From NCBI RefSeq assembly GCF_006345805.1, contig NC_043005.1, positions 94,798,001-94,862,000 of the forward strand: a stretch of 64,000 nucleotides of DNA, given 5' to 3'. Origin of the DNA: Octopus sinensis (lineage: Eukaryota). Each line of letters starts with the position of its first letter. Position 1 is the stretch's first letter. This document shows positions 28,130 to 41,266 of this stretch, in pieces. The notes beneath the pieces were generated by a model. The model was given only the letters and a program-made list of their open reading frames with translations. It was not told where the DNA came from and did no database searches. The translations under genes and the position numbers were made by a program.

Positions 28130-31100
28130 TTACAGATTTATGCTTAAAATAGTGTCGGCTTTCATACTGACCATTTTTGCCACTTTTACCCACTTTTTAT
28201 TAAAACATTCGTTCGACAAAGCCTTCCTCTCTATTCTCATCCTCCTTTTCAAGTGGTACTTGAAAAAGTTGACGAGAGACTGACCAGAGAGGAAGGTGTT
28301 TGTTTGCAGTCCTTTCAAACGCGTCCACCACACACATTATTTCGCCATAGCCATCAGCGTAACGAAAACCGTTTTCCCTTCCCGTTTATAGGAAGGTGGT
28401 GGAACAATATTCACGATAGACTCGGCCGATAGGCGGGCCCGACCTACACGTGACAACAGCTGTTCGACGAAGGTCCACAGCTCTGAAATATCTGGACACT
28501 GCATGAGTGCGTGCAGAACGGTTTCGTCGCTCTGACCGCATCTCGGGCAGGCGGGTCCGGTGATGGTTTTCGAACCGTGCCTGTAGCTCTTCTCTCGAAC
28601 AGGTAGTGCGTCTCGATAGCACTGTCAAGCCAGGGATTTCTGGAAGTTATCCATAGGCCCCGGGCCGAAGGTCGTCCTGAACAGGCGGGTTAGGAATTTC
28701 TCGTCGTCGCCCAGGTTTTCCCCCTGTGTGTCGTCGGACCTCCCCTCCACTAGTCCTCTATAGAACGCTTTAGTCGTTTGTAAGTTGCAGAAGTTTGACC
28801 CCGGTCGGCAGAGCTGCTGTAGAGCTTGGCGACACTCTCGGTCCCAATCGCCCAGTTTCGGTCTCTTCTTGATCCACGTTTGCAGTTCGGTCAGTGAGAC
28901 GAGCTGCGGGAAGGCGCGCCTAACAAACGGCGCCCACACCTGTTCACCGTCGTCGATGAAGTTCCAGAGATGTCGCAGTCTAAGCGCATGCCTGCGCATC
29001 ATCAACCACGGCATGCCCAGTCCTCCATTCAACGGATGTTGACAGCAAATGGACTTCCTCACCATCGGAACGCCACCCTTCCACAGGAAGCGGAAGAGTA
29101 TGCGTTCAAGTTTGGTGATGGTGGCGTCGGGACAAGGTACGACGGTCAGGCGGTAATCGATGACGGATGCGATGTACGCGTTCGCCACCTCCGCCCGGCC
29201 TTTTAGGGATTGCTTCCTCTCAGCCCATTGCTGGGTGAGGGTGGCCAGCCTAGTCGTTATTTCGCCCCAGTTCTTCTCCATTTGGAGGTCTGGACCGAAC
29301 CAGACCCCGAGCAATTTAACCGGTCCGTCCGTCCGTCCAGCGTCCCACTACTGAGCCGCAGTCGGACGGCATGGGCTTGCTTCTCCAGGACCCGAGTAGC
29401 AAACCCACTGACTTTTCCGGGTTAATCTTCGCTCCCGTCACCGTTTCGTATTTTCTTAGTGTCTCGCCTATCATCTGGATGTGATTGTCGCTCGACACTA
29501 TGACGGTGACATCGTCCGCATATGCCGACACGCTCGTCCTGCAACCCAGTTCCCGTGGGATGCCCCTCAGTGTCGCCAGCTTCCGCAGTAGCGGCTCGAG
29601 AGTCAATACATACAGAGGCGCCGACAGTGGACACCCCTGACGGACCGAACGCGTGATGTCAAACGGTTTCAACAGGTGACCGTTCACCCGAATCACCGAT
29701 CGGATGCCGCTATACAAGGCAGCGATCCAACCGCAGAAGACGGGACCGAAGCCAGCCGCCAAGTACCGATGGTCGACCCTATCGAAGGCTTTAGACTGAT
29801 CCAAATTGATCAGCGCCCCACCCATGCCAGGATCCTTAACTACCCTGTCCACAACGTAGCGCATCAGATGGAGGTTGTCATGTATGGTTCTGCCCGGCAC
29901 GGCGCATGTTTGCGCCCTGTCGACCAGTTTACCAATGACAAGCGCCAACCTCTCGGCTATTACTTTGGCCAAAATTTTCAAATCTGCGTTGAGCAGAGTG
30001 ATGGGCCTGAAAGTATCTATAAAATTCCCCTTGTTTGGGTCTTTCTTCAGCAACGTCACTGCACCACGGCTCACGAAACGCAGGATTCTCCCGTTTTGTT
30101 GCCAGTTGCAGTAGACTGATGCCAAGAGGTCGCCAAACAAGTCTGGCATTTGACAATACAGCTCATAGGGTAAACCATCCAATCCAGGCGACTTATCCCT
30201 CGCGCAGCCCGCTATCGCATCTCGCACGTCAGCGGCTGTGATGGGACTTTCACAACACTCCGCTTCTCTTGCCGAAAACCGCGGCAGGTCGGTCAAGTAG
30301 GCAATGAAATCCATCCCGCGTTCCGACCCACCACTCGCACCAAACAGTCGAGCAAAGTGCTGTTGAAAGGCCTCACACATCCTTTCGGGTTCGAGTAAAC
30401 TGCATCCCTGTTGATCTATTAGAAACCGAATGGTGGCTCTGTTGCCACGCTGCGCCTCCGCTACCCGGGCCTCTCGTGCAGCTTCGATCCCTTCGTTCCT
30501 TAAGGCACGCATTTTAGCTCTGACGAAGAAACCTTCGTGCTTGGCGTTGAGGTGTTGGTCGAGGGCCATCCTCGCAGCCAGCACGTTGGTTGCGCTGCCA
30601 GTGGTAAGTGCCTCTACTAGTTTCTTAACCAGGTCTCCCTCTACTCTGTTTCGATCTATCGCTAATTCCTTGCTAAACCTAATTGATTCCGATTTTATTG
30701 CCATTTTCAGGGCGTACCACCAGCGGTTGTTAACGACGGCTCCCGTCAGCGCCCTCTTAATTAACTCGCTAATCCGGTTCCTGTAAACCTGTCGCGCTAA
30801 GAGCGACGTGTTCAGTTTCCAGTAACCGGGACCCTGTCTATGTGTCTTATCTAAGTCGAGCGTACACGTCACAAATTTGTGATCTGTGTAGCTGACTATT
30901 TTAAATTGTGGACATCCTACACTATCCCTATCCGCTGTCCTTTATAGAATTCTATCTAGATAAGATCTCGACGATCCGACGCGGTTTGTCCAAGTCCACG
31001 TTGGCACGTTCGGATGGTCGAGTCGGAACCTGTCAGACAAATGGAAACGTTTCAGTAGGTCTTTGAGGCACTTACACCCCCTTCTATTCCTATCCATTCC

Positions 31101-31545
31101 CACATAATCTAGATGCGTGTCCAAGGTAGCGTTCCAATCCCCTACAAACAGTAAAGGTCTAGACGTACCCAGGAAAACCTCTAGACGTCTGAAGAAATCC
31201 GCCCGACCCGTTAAGGACGGTGCATAAACTGCCATCAGACGGAATGCACACCCATTTCTGCCATCCACGTCCAAGACAACCAGCCTACCCTCCGGGTCTA
31301 GGAATATTGTTCTTACTTTTACATTTAGACTCTTTCGAAAAAGCACCGCGGTACCTCCACCACCCATGTTCGGCAGACAGGGAGAAAAATAAATGTCAAA
31401 TTGATCACCATACATGGACGCGAGGGCCCGCGGCTTGCTGAGTCTGGTTTCACTGATAGCTACTATATCCACGTTCAGTGACTTGATGTCGTTTAGAAGG
31501 TAACCTTGCTTCCAAGCCGACGCCAAGCCAACCAAATTTGAGCAT
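28130..31545 (-). pseudogene. ORF2 (APE-RT-CCHC) of the downstream unit, disrupted
   Basis: GYLLNDIK...VGDWNA...SYLDRI (30942-31574); YWKLN...LDQSKAFDRV...AYADD (29316-30872); C-terminal pieces at 28625-29314 and 28130-28333. Confidence 0.93.
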
Positions 31546-31609
31546 AATTGACGTTTACGAAAATTGTGTTGCACACACTACATTGGAAGAGACAAGAGGC
31601 AAGAGTAGG

Positions 31610-33428
31610 TCACTTACTCATTTCGAAAGTTTCATTTTTTTTTCTTCTTCCATGTAGTGTCTTTGATGAGGTGTTTGTATAGTTTTTTGGGAGGTATCGT
31701 TGAAACCCGCCTACCGCATTTGGAATATTGTTTTCAGTGTATGGTGTTGCGTTTGTGTTATATGTACAATTCTTATGTGTTTCGGTGATTGTTTGGTGCG
31801 CGGATGATTGTTTGTCTTAAAGTCATCTTCACAGATGTCCGTGTTGGATGCAATATAACCCATAAATTTTTTATTGTCTGTGTCTATTGCAGTTAGTTGT
31901 GTGTGTGGTTTTTGCGGGTTCATTGATTTTTTGATTGTCTAGGGGGATGCTGTCCGGAGTTAAATATCTCCCTGCTTTACTTCCTTGTTTGGTGGGCTTT
32001 TTTGATCTTTTCCTTTTACCCCCTGTGGCTATTTGCCATTCCGTCGAACTTTCGTCGTCCGACGAATCAGAAGGGAGTAAAGGCAAAGCATTTGTGTTAA
32101 TATGTATGCTTGAAGAAATTGTTGATGTTTTGTGCGGTGTTTGTGTTGTTATGGTGTTAGGGGTAGAATTTGTCTTCTCGTCACTGTTTTCTGTCTTTTT
32201 TAATTGTCGTCCTCGGTGTTGGTGTTGGTCTATCTTTTAGTTCAGCATGTGAATTGGTTGCGACGTCAACAGTGATTGTGTTGGTACTGTTTCTTTTCTT
32301 GGTGATGTTTTTGGGGTTTGTTTGCTGGTTTGTTGTTTTTCTTGGCATTGTTCCATAATTGAGTGTGTTGGTGTTGGCAACAAGGGTTTTTTTTTATTTG
32401 TTTTCTGATTTGTTCTTTCTTGTTTATTCTGTGCCAGAGCGCACTTGGCAATTAAATGTTCTGGGCTGCCACAGTTGTAGCATCTAGGCTTTTTGCCTTC
32501 TGCCACAACATATAGGCTTTGCCCATTTTCTAAGTGGATCCTATCGGGTAGGTTCTCGATAGAGGCCCCCTCAATCTGGATGGTCTCTACTATTGTTTTT
32601 CCACCCCAATTGTCGTTTAGGTATACGGCAGTCTCTAAAATATTCATAGTCTTCAAATGGTAACAGATTGCCCCTGTTATCCATTTGTTCGGGATCTCGG
32701 GGGGGGGGGTACATTTTTAATCGTAATTCTACTCAACTTCTGGCCTTTGTAGTAAGGTACCATTTTGATATCATCATTCTGCAAAGACTCGGTAGAGTGA
32801 GCTTTTGCCACTTCCTGGTTAGGGAAGCAGACCACCACTGTATTAAACTGGGGACCCAGTTTATATATTCTTTTTATTCATTATATTTTTTGAACATGTT
32901 TCTATATCCGTTTTTGTAATCTGTTCATTTTGGTTTTTTTTCTTATAATTTTATATATAATTGTCTTATTTTCTATTTGTTCCTTTATGTGTTGAGGTGT
33001 ATGCAGCACTAGATCTTACCCTTGAGTTGTAAAGAGTGCTCTCGTTTCTATTAACTCTTCATTCGTAAATTTTACTATTTCTTTTTTCTGACGCAGAGTG
33101 TCAGCATAATTTTCTGGTGTTGTTGATTCTTTTATATTAACGTCTTCACTATGAGCATTTCATTTTTATTGTTGTTCTTGTTGTTGTTGTTGTTTTTGTT
33201 AATAGTATTCGCGTGAGTTTCATTTTTATCATTTATGTTGGTTGTGGTGGTGGTGGTGGTGGTGGTGACAGGGCTGTTACCGCAAGTGGTTGCAGCGTTC
33301 ACTACCACGTCATTCAGGTATGCACTTTGCGTGCATAAGTTCTTTTTTTCTCCTAGCGTTTCCAGACTAGGAAAATGCTGGTCCATGAAGGAACGCGACC
33401 AGCGTTCTACATTGAAATTTATCGACAT
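31610..33428 (-). pseudogene. ORF1 of the downstream unit, frameshifted
   Basis: MSINFNVERWSRSFMDQHFPSL start; zinc knuckle CYNCGSPEHLIAKC (32237-32656); SSDDESSTEWQIATGGKRKR. Confidence 0.88.
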
Positions 33429-33429
33429 T

Positions 33430-35124
33430 TTAATGGAGGTGGTCATGTATGGTTCTGCCCGGCACGGCGCATGTTTGCGCCCTGTCGACCAGTTTACCAA
33501 TGACAAGCGCCAACCTCTCGGCTATTACTTTGGCCAAAATTTTCAAATCTGCGTTGAGCAGAGTGATGGGCCGGAAAGTATCTATAAAATTCCCCTTGTT
33601 TGGGTCTTTCTTCAGCAACGTCACTGCACCTCGGCTCACGAAACGCATGATTCTCCCGTTTTGTTGCCAGTTGCAGTAGACTGATGCCAAGAGGTCGGCA
33701 AACAAGTCTGGCATTTGACAATACAGCTCGTAGGGTAAACCATCCAATTCAGGCGACTTATCCCTCGCGCAGCCCGCCATCGAATCCCGCACGTCAGCGG
33801 CTGTGATGGGACTTTCACAACACTTCGCTTCTCTTGCCGAGAGCCGCGGCAGGTCGGTCAGGTAGGCAATGAAATCCATCCCGCGTTCCGACCCACCACC
33901 CGCACCAAACAGTCGAGCAAAATGCTCTTGAAAGGCCTCACACATCCTTTCAGGTTCGAGTAAACTGCATCCCTGTTGATCTATTAGAGACTGAATGGTG
34001 GCTCTGTGGCCACTCTGCGCCTCCGGTACCCGGGCCTCTCGCGCAGCTTCGATCCCTTCGTTCCTTAAGGCACGCATTTTAGCTCTGACGACGCAACCTT
34101 CGTGCTTGGCGTTGAGGTGTTGGTCGAGGACCATCCTCGCAGCCAGCACGTTGGTTGCGCCGCCAGTGGTAAGTGCCTCTTCTAGTTTCTTAACCAGGTC
34201 TCCCTCTACTCTGTTTCGATCTATCGCTAATTCTTTGCTAAACCTAATTGATTCCGATTTTATTGCCATTTTCAGGGCGTACCACCAGCGGTTGTTAACG
34301 ACGGCTCCCGTCAGCGCCCTCTTAATTAACTCGCTAATCCGGTTCCTGTAAACCTGTCGCGCTAAGTGCGACGTGTTCAGTTTCCAGTAACCGGGACCCT
34401 GCCTATGAGTTTTATCTAAGTCGAGCGTACACGTCACAAATTTGTGATCTGTGTAGCTGACTATTTTAAATTGTGGACATCCTACACTATCCCTATCCGC
34501 TGTCCTTTATAGAATTCTATCTAGATAAGATCTCGACGATCCGACGCGGTTTGTCCAAGTCCACGTTGGCACGTTCGGATGGTCGAGTCGGAACCTGTCA
34601 GACAAATGGAAACGTTTCAGTAGGTCTTTGAGGCACTTACACCCCCTTCTATTCCTATCCATTCCCACATAATCTAGATGCGTGTCCAAGGTAGCGTTCC
34701 AATCCCCTACTAACAGTAAAGGTCTAGACGTACCCAGGAAAACCTCTAGACGTCTGAAGAAATCCGCCCGACCCGTTAAGGACGGTGCATAAACTGCCAT
34801 CAGACGGAATGCACACCCATTTCTTCCATCCACGTCCAAGACAACCAGCCTACCCTCCGGGTCTAGGAATATTGTTCTTACTTTTACATTTAGACTCTTT
34901 CGAAAAAGCACCGCGGTACCTCCACCACCCATGTTCGGCAGACAGGGAGAAATATAAATGTCAAATTGTTTGCCAAACATGGACGCGAGTGCCCGCGTCT
35001 TGCTGAATCTGGTTTCACTGATAGCTACTATATCCACGTTCAGTGACTTGATGTCGTTTAGAAGGTAACCTTGCTTCCAAGCCGCCGCCAAGCCACGCGC
35101 ATTCACACAACCTAATTTAAGCAT
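33430..35124 (-). pseudogene. 5' half of ORF2 of the upstream unit, ending at RT motif GRTIHDHLH
   Basis: MLKLGCVNARGL...SYLDRI (34507-35124); YWKLN...KSPELDG...FRPITLLN...GRTIHDHLH (33430-34437). Confidence 0.93.
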
Positions 35125-35191
35125 AATTGACGTTTACGAAAATTGTGTTTCATACACAAACATTGGAAGAGACAAGAGGCAAGAGGGAAGG

Positions 35192-37076
35192 TCACTTACT
35201 CATTTCGAAAGTGTCATTTTTTTCTTCTTCTTTTGTAGTGACTTTGATGAGGTGTTTGTATAGTTTTTGGGAGAGGAATCGTTGAAACCCGCCTACCGCA
35301 TTTGGAAATATTATTTTCAGTGTATGATGTTGTGTTTGTGTTATGTGTACAATTTTTATATGCTTCGGTGGTGTGGTGCGAGGATGATTTTTTGTCTTAA
35401 AGTCATCTTCACAGATGTCCGTGTTGGATACAATGTAATCCATTAATTTTTTTTATTGTCTGTGTCTATTGCAGTTAGTTGTGTGTGTGTGGTTTTTGCG
35501 GGTTCATTGATTTTTTGATTGTCTAAGGGGATGCTGTACGAAGTTAAATATCTCCCTGCTTTACTTCCTTGTTTGGTGGGCTTTTTTTATCTTTTCCTTT
35601 TACCCCCTGTGGCTATTTGCCATTCCGTCGAACTTTCGTCGTCCGACGAATCAGAAGGGAGTAAAGGCAAAGCATTTGTGTTAATATGTATGCTTGAAGA
35701 AATTGTTGATGTTTTGTGCGGTGTTTGTGTTGTTATGGTGTTAGGGGTAGAATTTGTCTTCTCGTCACTGTTTTCTGTCTTTTTAATTGTCGTCCTCGGT
35801 GTTGGTGTTGGTGTTGGTCTATCTTTTAGTTCAGCACGTTGAATTGGTTGCGTCGTCAACGGTGATTGTGTTGGTACTGTTTCTTTTCTTGGTGATGTTT
35901 TTGGGGTTTGTTTGCTGGTTTGTTGTTTTTCTTGGCATTGTTCCATAATTGAGTGTGTTGGTGTTGGTGTTGGTGTTGGCAACAAGGTTTTTTTTATTTG
36001 TTTTCTGATTTGTTCTTTCTTGTTTTTTCTGTGCTAGAGCGCACTTGGCAATTAAATGTTCTGGGCTGCCACAGTTGTAGCATCTAGGCTTTTTGCCTTC
36101 TGCCACAACATATAGGCTTTGCCCATTTTCTAAGTGGATCCTATCGGGTAGGTTCTCGATAGAGGCCCCCTCAATCTGGATTGTCACTACTATTGTTTTT
36201 CCACCCCAATTGTCGTTTAGGTACACGGCGGTTTCTAAAATATTGATCTTTTTTTAAATGGTAACTGATTGCCCCTGTTATCCATTTGTTCGGGATCTCG
36301 GGGGCTACATTTTTAATCGTAATTCTACTCACTCTCTGGCCTTTGAAATAAGGTACCATTTTGATATTATCATTTTCCAAAGACTCGGTAGAGTGAGCTT
36401 TTGCCACTTCCTGTTAGAGAAGCGGATTACTACTGAGTTAAACTGGGGACCCCAGTTTATATATTCTTTTTTTTCATTATGTTTTTTGAAAATTTTTCTA
36501 TATCCGTTTTTGTAATCTGTTCATTTTGTTTTCTCTTATAATTTTATATATAATTGTCTTATTTTCTATTTGTTCCTTTATGTGTTGAGGTGTATGCAGC
36601 ACTAAATCTTGCCCACGGGTTGTAAAGAGAGCTCTCGTTTCTTTTAGCTCTTCATTTGTAAATGTTACTATTTCTTTCTTCTGACGCAGAGTGTCAGCGA
36701 AATTTACTGGTGTTGTTGATTTTTTTATATTAACATCTTCACTATTAGATAGTTCATTTTTATTGTTGTTCTTGTTGTTGTTGTTTTTGTTAATAGTATT
36801 CGGGTGAGTTTAATTTTTATCATTTATGTTGGTCGTGGTTGTAGTGGTGGTGAAGGTGTTGGTGGTAGCAGTAGTAGTCTCGTTGTCGTTGTTGTTAGTG
36901 GTGGTGGTGGTGGTGACTGGGCTGTTACCGCAAGTGGTAGCAGCGTTCACTACCACGTCATTCAGGTTTGCACTTTGCGTGCATACGTTCTTTTTGTCTC
37001 CTAGCGTTTCCAGACTAGGAAAATGCTGGTCCATAAAAGAACGCGACCAGCGTTCTACAATAAAATTTCTCGACAT
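35192..37076 (-). pseudogene. ORF1 of the upstream unit, frameshifted
   Basis: MSRNFIVERWSRSFMDQHFPSL start; CYNCGSPEHLIAKC; ends DTFEMSK*. Confidence 0.88.
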
Positions 37077-37273
37077 TTTTTAATGTGGAGAAGAAAATTA
37101 CACAAATTAAATAGGGTTGAAACTTCCCCTAGGGGCGAATTCCTCCCTTGGAAAAGCACTCAAACGAAAGTTGGGTGCCTTACACACCTTATTTACAAAA
37201 ATGTACACAAAATATGGGCTATAAATAGTCAAAATAAACGATTACCTTCGGAGCCGAGATGACAGCACGTCCG

Positions 37274-37356
<83 letters not shown>

Positions 37357-37361
37357 GTAGG

Positions 37362-37442
<81 letters not shown>
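37274..37442. repeat. (GATA)n array at the 5' flank of the composite Tx1 element
   Basis: Direct read. Confidence 0.95.
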
Positions 37443-37444
<2 letters not shown>

Positions 37445-37629
37445 AAAGTAATGCATATATGTCTCTGTCTTTGTCACCACCACCATTGCTTGACAACCGG
37501 TACTGGTTTGTTTATATATCCTAAACTTAGCGAATTCGGCAAAACAGATCGATAGACTAAGTATTAGGTTTAAGAAAAAAAAACATAACTGGGGGTGATT
37601 TTCTCGACTAAAACCTCTCAATATATTAT

Positions 37630-38649
37630 TCAGTAAAAGTACACGAAGCAGCGAGTGCCAGAATATTGACGTTTTCCTTTGATGTTAATCTATGACTGCA
37701 CACAAGGATGTTGAATGGTATTCTCTGCGGAATTTTGCCTCAGAGAACAAATTTTTCCCTGTTTACTTCATGTCAAAACATACGAAGTCAGCGGACTACC
37801 AGACGCAGTACTTCGGTATCATTGCGCTTCCTTAATAAGAGATTTCGTTTTGGTCGTTCGGAGCTAGTCAGGAACTTCTGTCTTATAGAGAGAACAATAA
37901 GCAAAAGTGTGCTGAAAGAGATTCACTTAACACAACGAATCAATATTTGTAATGTGTATCTCAAACACAACGTAATCGACCTTTTTTTGAAACGAATCAT
38001 CACTAGTCATGAAAAATGGATTGTCTACAATGATATCAATCGAAAACGATCATGGTCCAAGTGTAATGAACAAGCACAAACCACATCGAAAGCTGAATTG
38101 CATCAAAAAAGGTCATGCTATCAATTTGGCGGGATTACAATGGTGTTGTGTATTTCGAGCTGCTTCCAAGGAACCAAACGATCGATTCAGATGTTTACTG
38201 TCAATAACTAATGAAACTGGAAGAAGCAATCAAAGAAAAACGGCCAGAAATAGCAAATCATAAAGGAATCGTGTTCCACCATGACAACGCTAGACCATAC
38301 ACGTCTTTGTTAACTCATGAAAAATTATTAGAGACTGCGTGGAAAGTGATGTCATATCCACCATAATGCCCTGACCTTGCACCATCAGATTATTATTTAT
38401 TTCAATGTTTGCAAAATTGTAAAACTTTCAATAAATGATGATGACCTGAAATCGCAATTGTTTCGGTTTTTGGCTGATAGGGATCAGAAATTCTATGAGC
38501 GCGGAATCACGAAGTTGCTTGTGAAATGGTAAACGGTCATCGAATAAAATGGAAAATATATAATTGATTAAAGTTCCTTCCTGGTATGAAAAAAAAAAGA
38601 CTTTTATTTCACACTAAAAAACCGAAATTACTTTCTTGCCAACCCAATA
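37630..38649 (+). pseudogene. mariner (DD34D-type) transposase remnant with right TIR
   Basis: IITSHEKWIVYND, VFHHDNARPYT, YPP*CPDLAPSDYYLF; right end TTGCCAACCCAATA. Confidence 0.85.
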
Positions 38650-39044
38650 TATATACTCTTTTACTCTTTACTCTTTTACTTGTTTCAGTCATTTTGACTG
38701 CGGCCATGCTGGAGCACCGCTTTTAGTCGAGCAATTCGACCCCAGGACTGATTCTTTGTAAGCCTAGTACTTATTCTATCGGTCTCTTTTGCTGAACAGC
38801 TAAGTGACGGGGACGTAAACACACCAGCATCGGTTGTCAAGAAATGCTAGGGGGACAAACACAGACACACAAACACACATACATATATATATATACATAT
38901 ATACGACAGGCTTCTTTCAGTTTCTGTCTACCAAATCCACTCACAAGGCTTTGGACGGCCCGGGACTATAGAGGAAGACACTTGCCCAAGATGTCACGCA
39001 AAGGGACTGAACCCGGAACCATGTGGTTGGTTAGCAAGCTACTT

Positions 39045-41266
39045 TATTTCAAAACATTTGCCATAAAGGCAGTACACAGATTAAGTTAGCTTTGCGGGCT
39101 GGACGAGGACATTAATGAGGTGAATGATAATGAAAGAAAGATGATAAGGATGGGAGAAGACAAAAAGCGCCCGCCGGCTTTCGCTTCTCTAAAACATTGT
39201 TCTTTTTAAAGATAAACACAAAACGAGGTATTAAACCTCTTACAATTTTTCCAATTTTTGGACTTAGCAGTCCATTATTAATACAAAACGAGGTATTAAT
39301 CCTCTTACAATTTTTCAATTTTTGGACTTAAGTCCATTACTAATAATACATATCGTCCTCGAAATAGCTTGTGCCCGCGCCTCCACCATCAACCACGCCT
39401 CCCTCAGAACGTAATCAAGTTCCGAGTTCGCGTCGCCCGGGACCAAGTTATAATCTTCATTGAGCTCCTTTAGCCCTAGCGTCACGTCGAACGCCACGGC
39501 CTCCACAGCTACCTGCGGAGGCCATTCGGGGTCCTGTGTGAAGGCTAAAGGTGCTCCCTTGTAGTGCTCTTCCATCACTTTTTCAATTTCTCCTCCTCTA
39601 TAGAAGAGGACCAATACGTTCAGTTCTTTCGTTGGCGGCACAGTTCCCGCCAACGGTATTCCTTCTCTTGTCGGTGGCACAACCCAACCGACCGTAGTTC
39701 CGGGACATTCCGGTGCTACACTGACAGCCGGTAATGTCCCGTTTTTCTTCCTCTTTTTCTTTTTTTTTCCCTTTTCAAATGAGGGAGGGTGCGTCTCCTC
39801 CGTGGCTGGAAGATTCGCCTTCCTCTCCTCATCCCTATTATCCTTTGGTGAGCACCCATTGTTGCTCACCTTCCTCTTTCGGCCTCTGTTTGAGGAGTCC
39901 TCTGCTTTCTCGGCCGTTGTCGTTCCCTCTTCTAGAGAGGTTTTACTTAACTGTTCCGGGATCCTATTTTGTTCCCGAGGACAGTTCTTCTTTATGTGGC
40001 CGGACTCCAAGCACCGATGACACTTAGGGGGGCGACCCTCAAGCATCCCCGGGTACCTGCACCCGGCTATTTTCAAAAAATCTGGAAGAACCAGATTGGC
40101 TGATTGGGTCCACAGGGTCAAAATTGCTTTTGACCCAACCCAAGCAGCCGTAGGAAGAACTTTTACATTGAAGAGCTTAGTTTCGCTGTCACCCAGACTC
40201 CGGCGGATAGTCTCCTCTATCCACTCGGGTTCTATGTCGGGTGGTAATCCGCATATCCAAGCTTTCATCAATTTCTTTTTTTTGTACGTGGGCAGGAATA
40301 AGATTTCCTTACCCTCCAGGGGTTTGCTAGCAAATTTGCAAGCCTCTTCAGGGGTGTCAAATAGCAACCACATCGTTGCATATTTGACACCCCTGGAAAT
40401 GAATTTAATTGTTGGCAAATACTCTTCCAACTCCTCCTCAATTGCCGTCTTTTCGTATAGGGAATGGTGTCGAGTGCTTGGAGTAGGTTCTCAACACCAC
40501 CGTCCTATCTTCACGGTCTTTTAACCACTTTTTAGGTGGTATGATTTCCCACTCCAAAATTTTGTTATTTTTCATTGCCATTGTTTTTTTTTAAATATAT
40601 TCAAATTAAACTAAAAAAGCAGGAAGAAAAAAGTTCAAAAGTTCAAATAAAATTTGATAGATTTTTGGAAAAACAAAAAGGAGAAAGCACAACAGAAGGG
40701 AAGAAATCAACGGAAAGTCGCAATAAAGAAAAAAAACAAAATGAAGTTCAATGAAGTTCAAAAGAAAGTTAATAAACAGAAAAAAACACAGCAAAAATAT
40801 TCTGGCCTTGCGGTACTCCCGGCCTGGGTTGAACCTGGAACGCCGCAACTGCAACACAACCTCCACAAAAATGGATCCGAAAGGTAATCCAATAGTGGCT
40901 TATTTTTATAATTTTTTGCGAAGTAGTAGTTTTCACAATTCATAAAAGTTCTTCACAGCACAATACAATTCTCACAATTACGTGAGAAAAATATTTACTC
41001 ACTTTATCGAAGACGATACGCCCCCAAAAATTTATCTCAGCGAGAAAATATATTTGCCACATGTCGGCAGAATCAGAATTCTGAATCCAGTAGGACTTCC
41101 TGCCTGTAAAAAACAATTCTCAACAAAAACTCCCACTGGACCCAGAAAACAGAATCTTACCTTACATGGGGCTTCCAAAGTTTTCAATCAAGACGGCTTC
41201 AATAGCACATCTTCACCGCTTCAGTGCCAAACACAACACTGTCCTCGCACATGCGCAGAAGCAACC
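39045..41266 (-). mobile_element. ORF1-only ('half-Tx1') non-autonomous non-LTR retroelement, 2.2 kb
   Basis: Perfect 15-bp TSD GTTAGCAAGCTACTT (39030-39044 and 41267-41281); ~690-bp 5'UTR, ORF1 and ~270-bp 3'UTR; no APE or RT sequence recognisable. Confidence 0.85.
39315..40581 (-). CDS. Tx1-type ORF1 protein with CCHC zinc knuckle (one frameshift near 40455)
   Basis: 371-aa open frame with LEGRPPKCHRCLESGHIKKNC and LPTYKKKKLMKAWICGLPP, homologous to the other ORF1s. N-terminus MAMKNNKILEWEIIPP... lies in an adjacent frame from 40581. Confidence 0.8.

Larger units (their letters stand above)
27848..37273 (-). mobile_element. Composite (TATC)n-targeting Tx1 element: 3'-truncated unit (33430-37273) fused head-to-tail to a 5'UTR-less unit (27848-33430)
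   Basis: ORF1 and the APE-RT N-half occur twice; one 5'UTR and one 3'UTR; (GATA)n on both sides; 3' junction CAATAAAAAGT|TATCT. Confidence 0.92.

Noticed and set aside
40800-40850. B-box-like GGTTCAACCC within a TTGCGG/CCGCAA stem in the half-element 5'UTR
   Set aside because: No T-arm pairing or matching A-box; not a tRNA.
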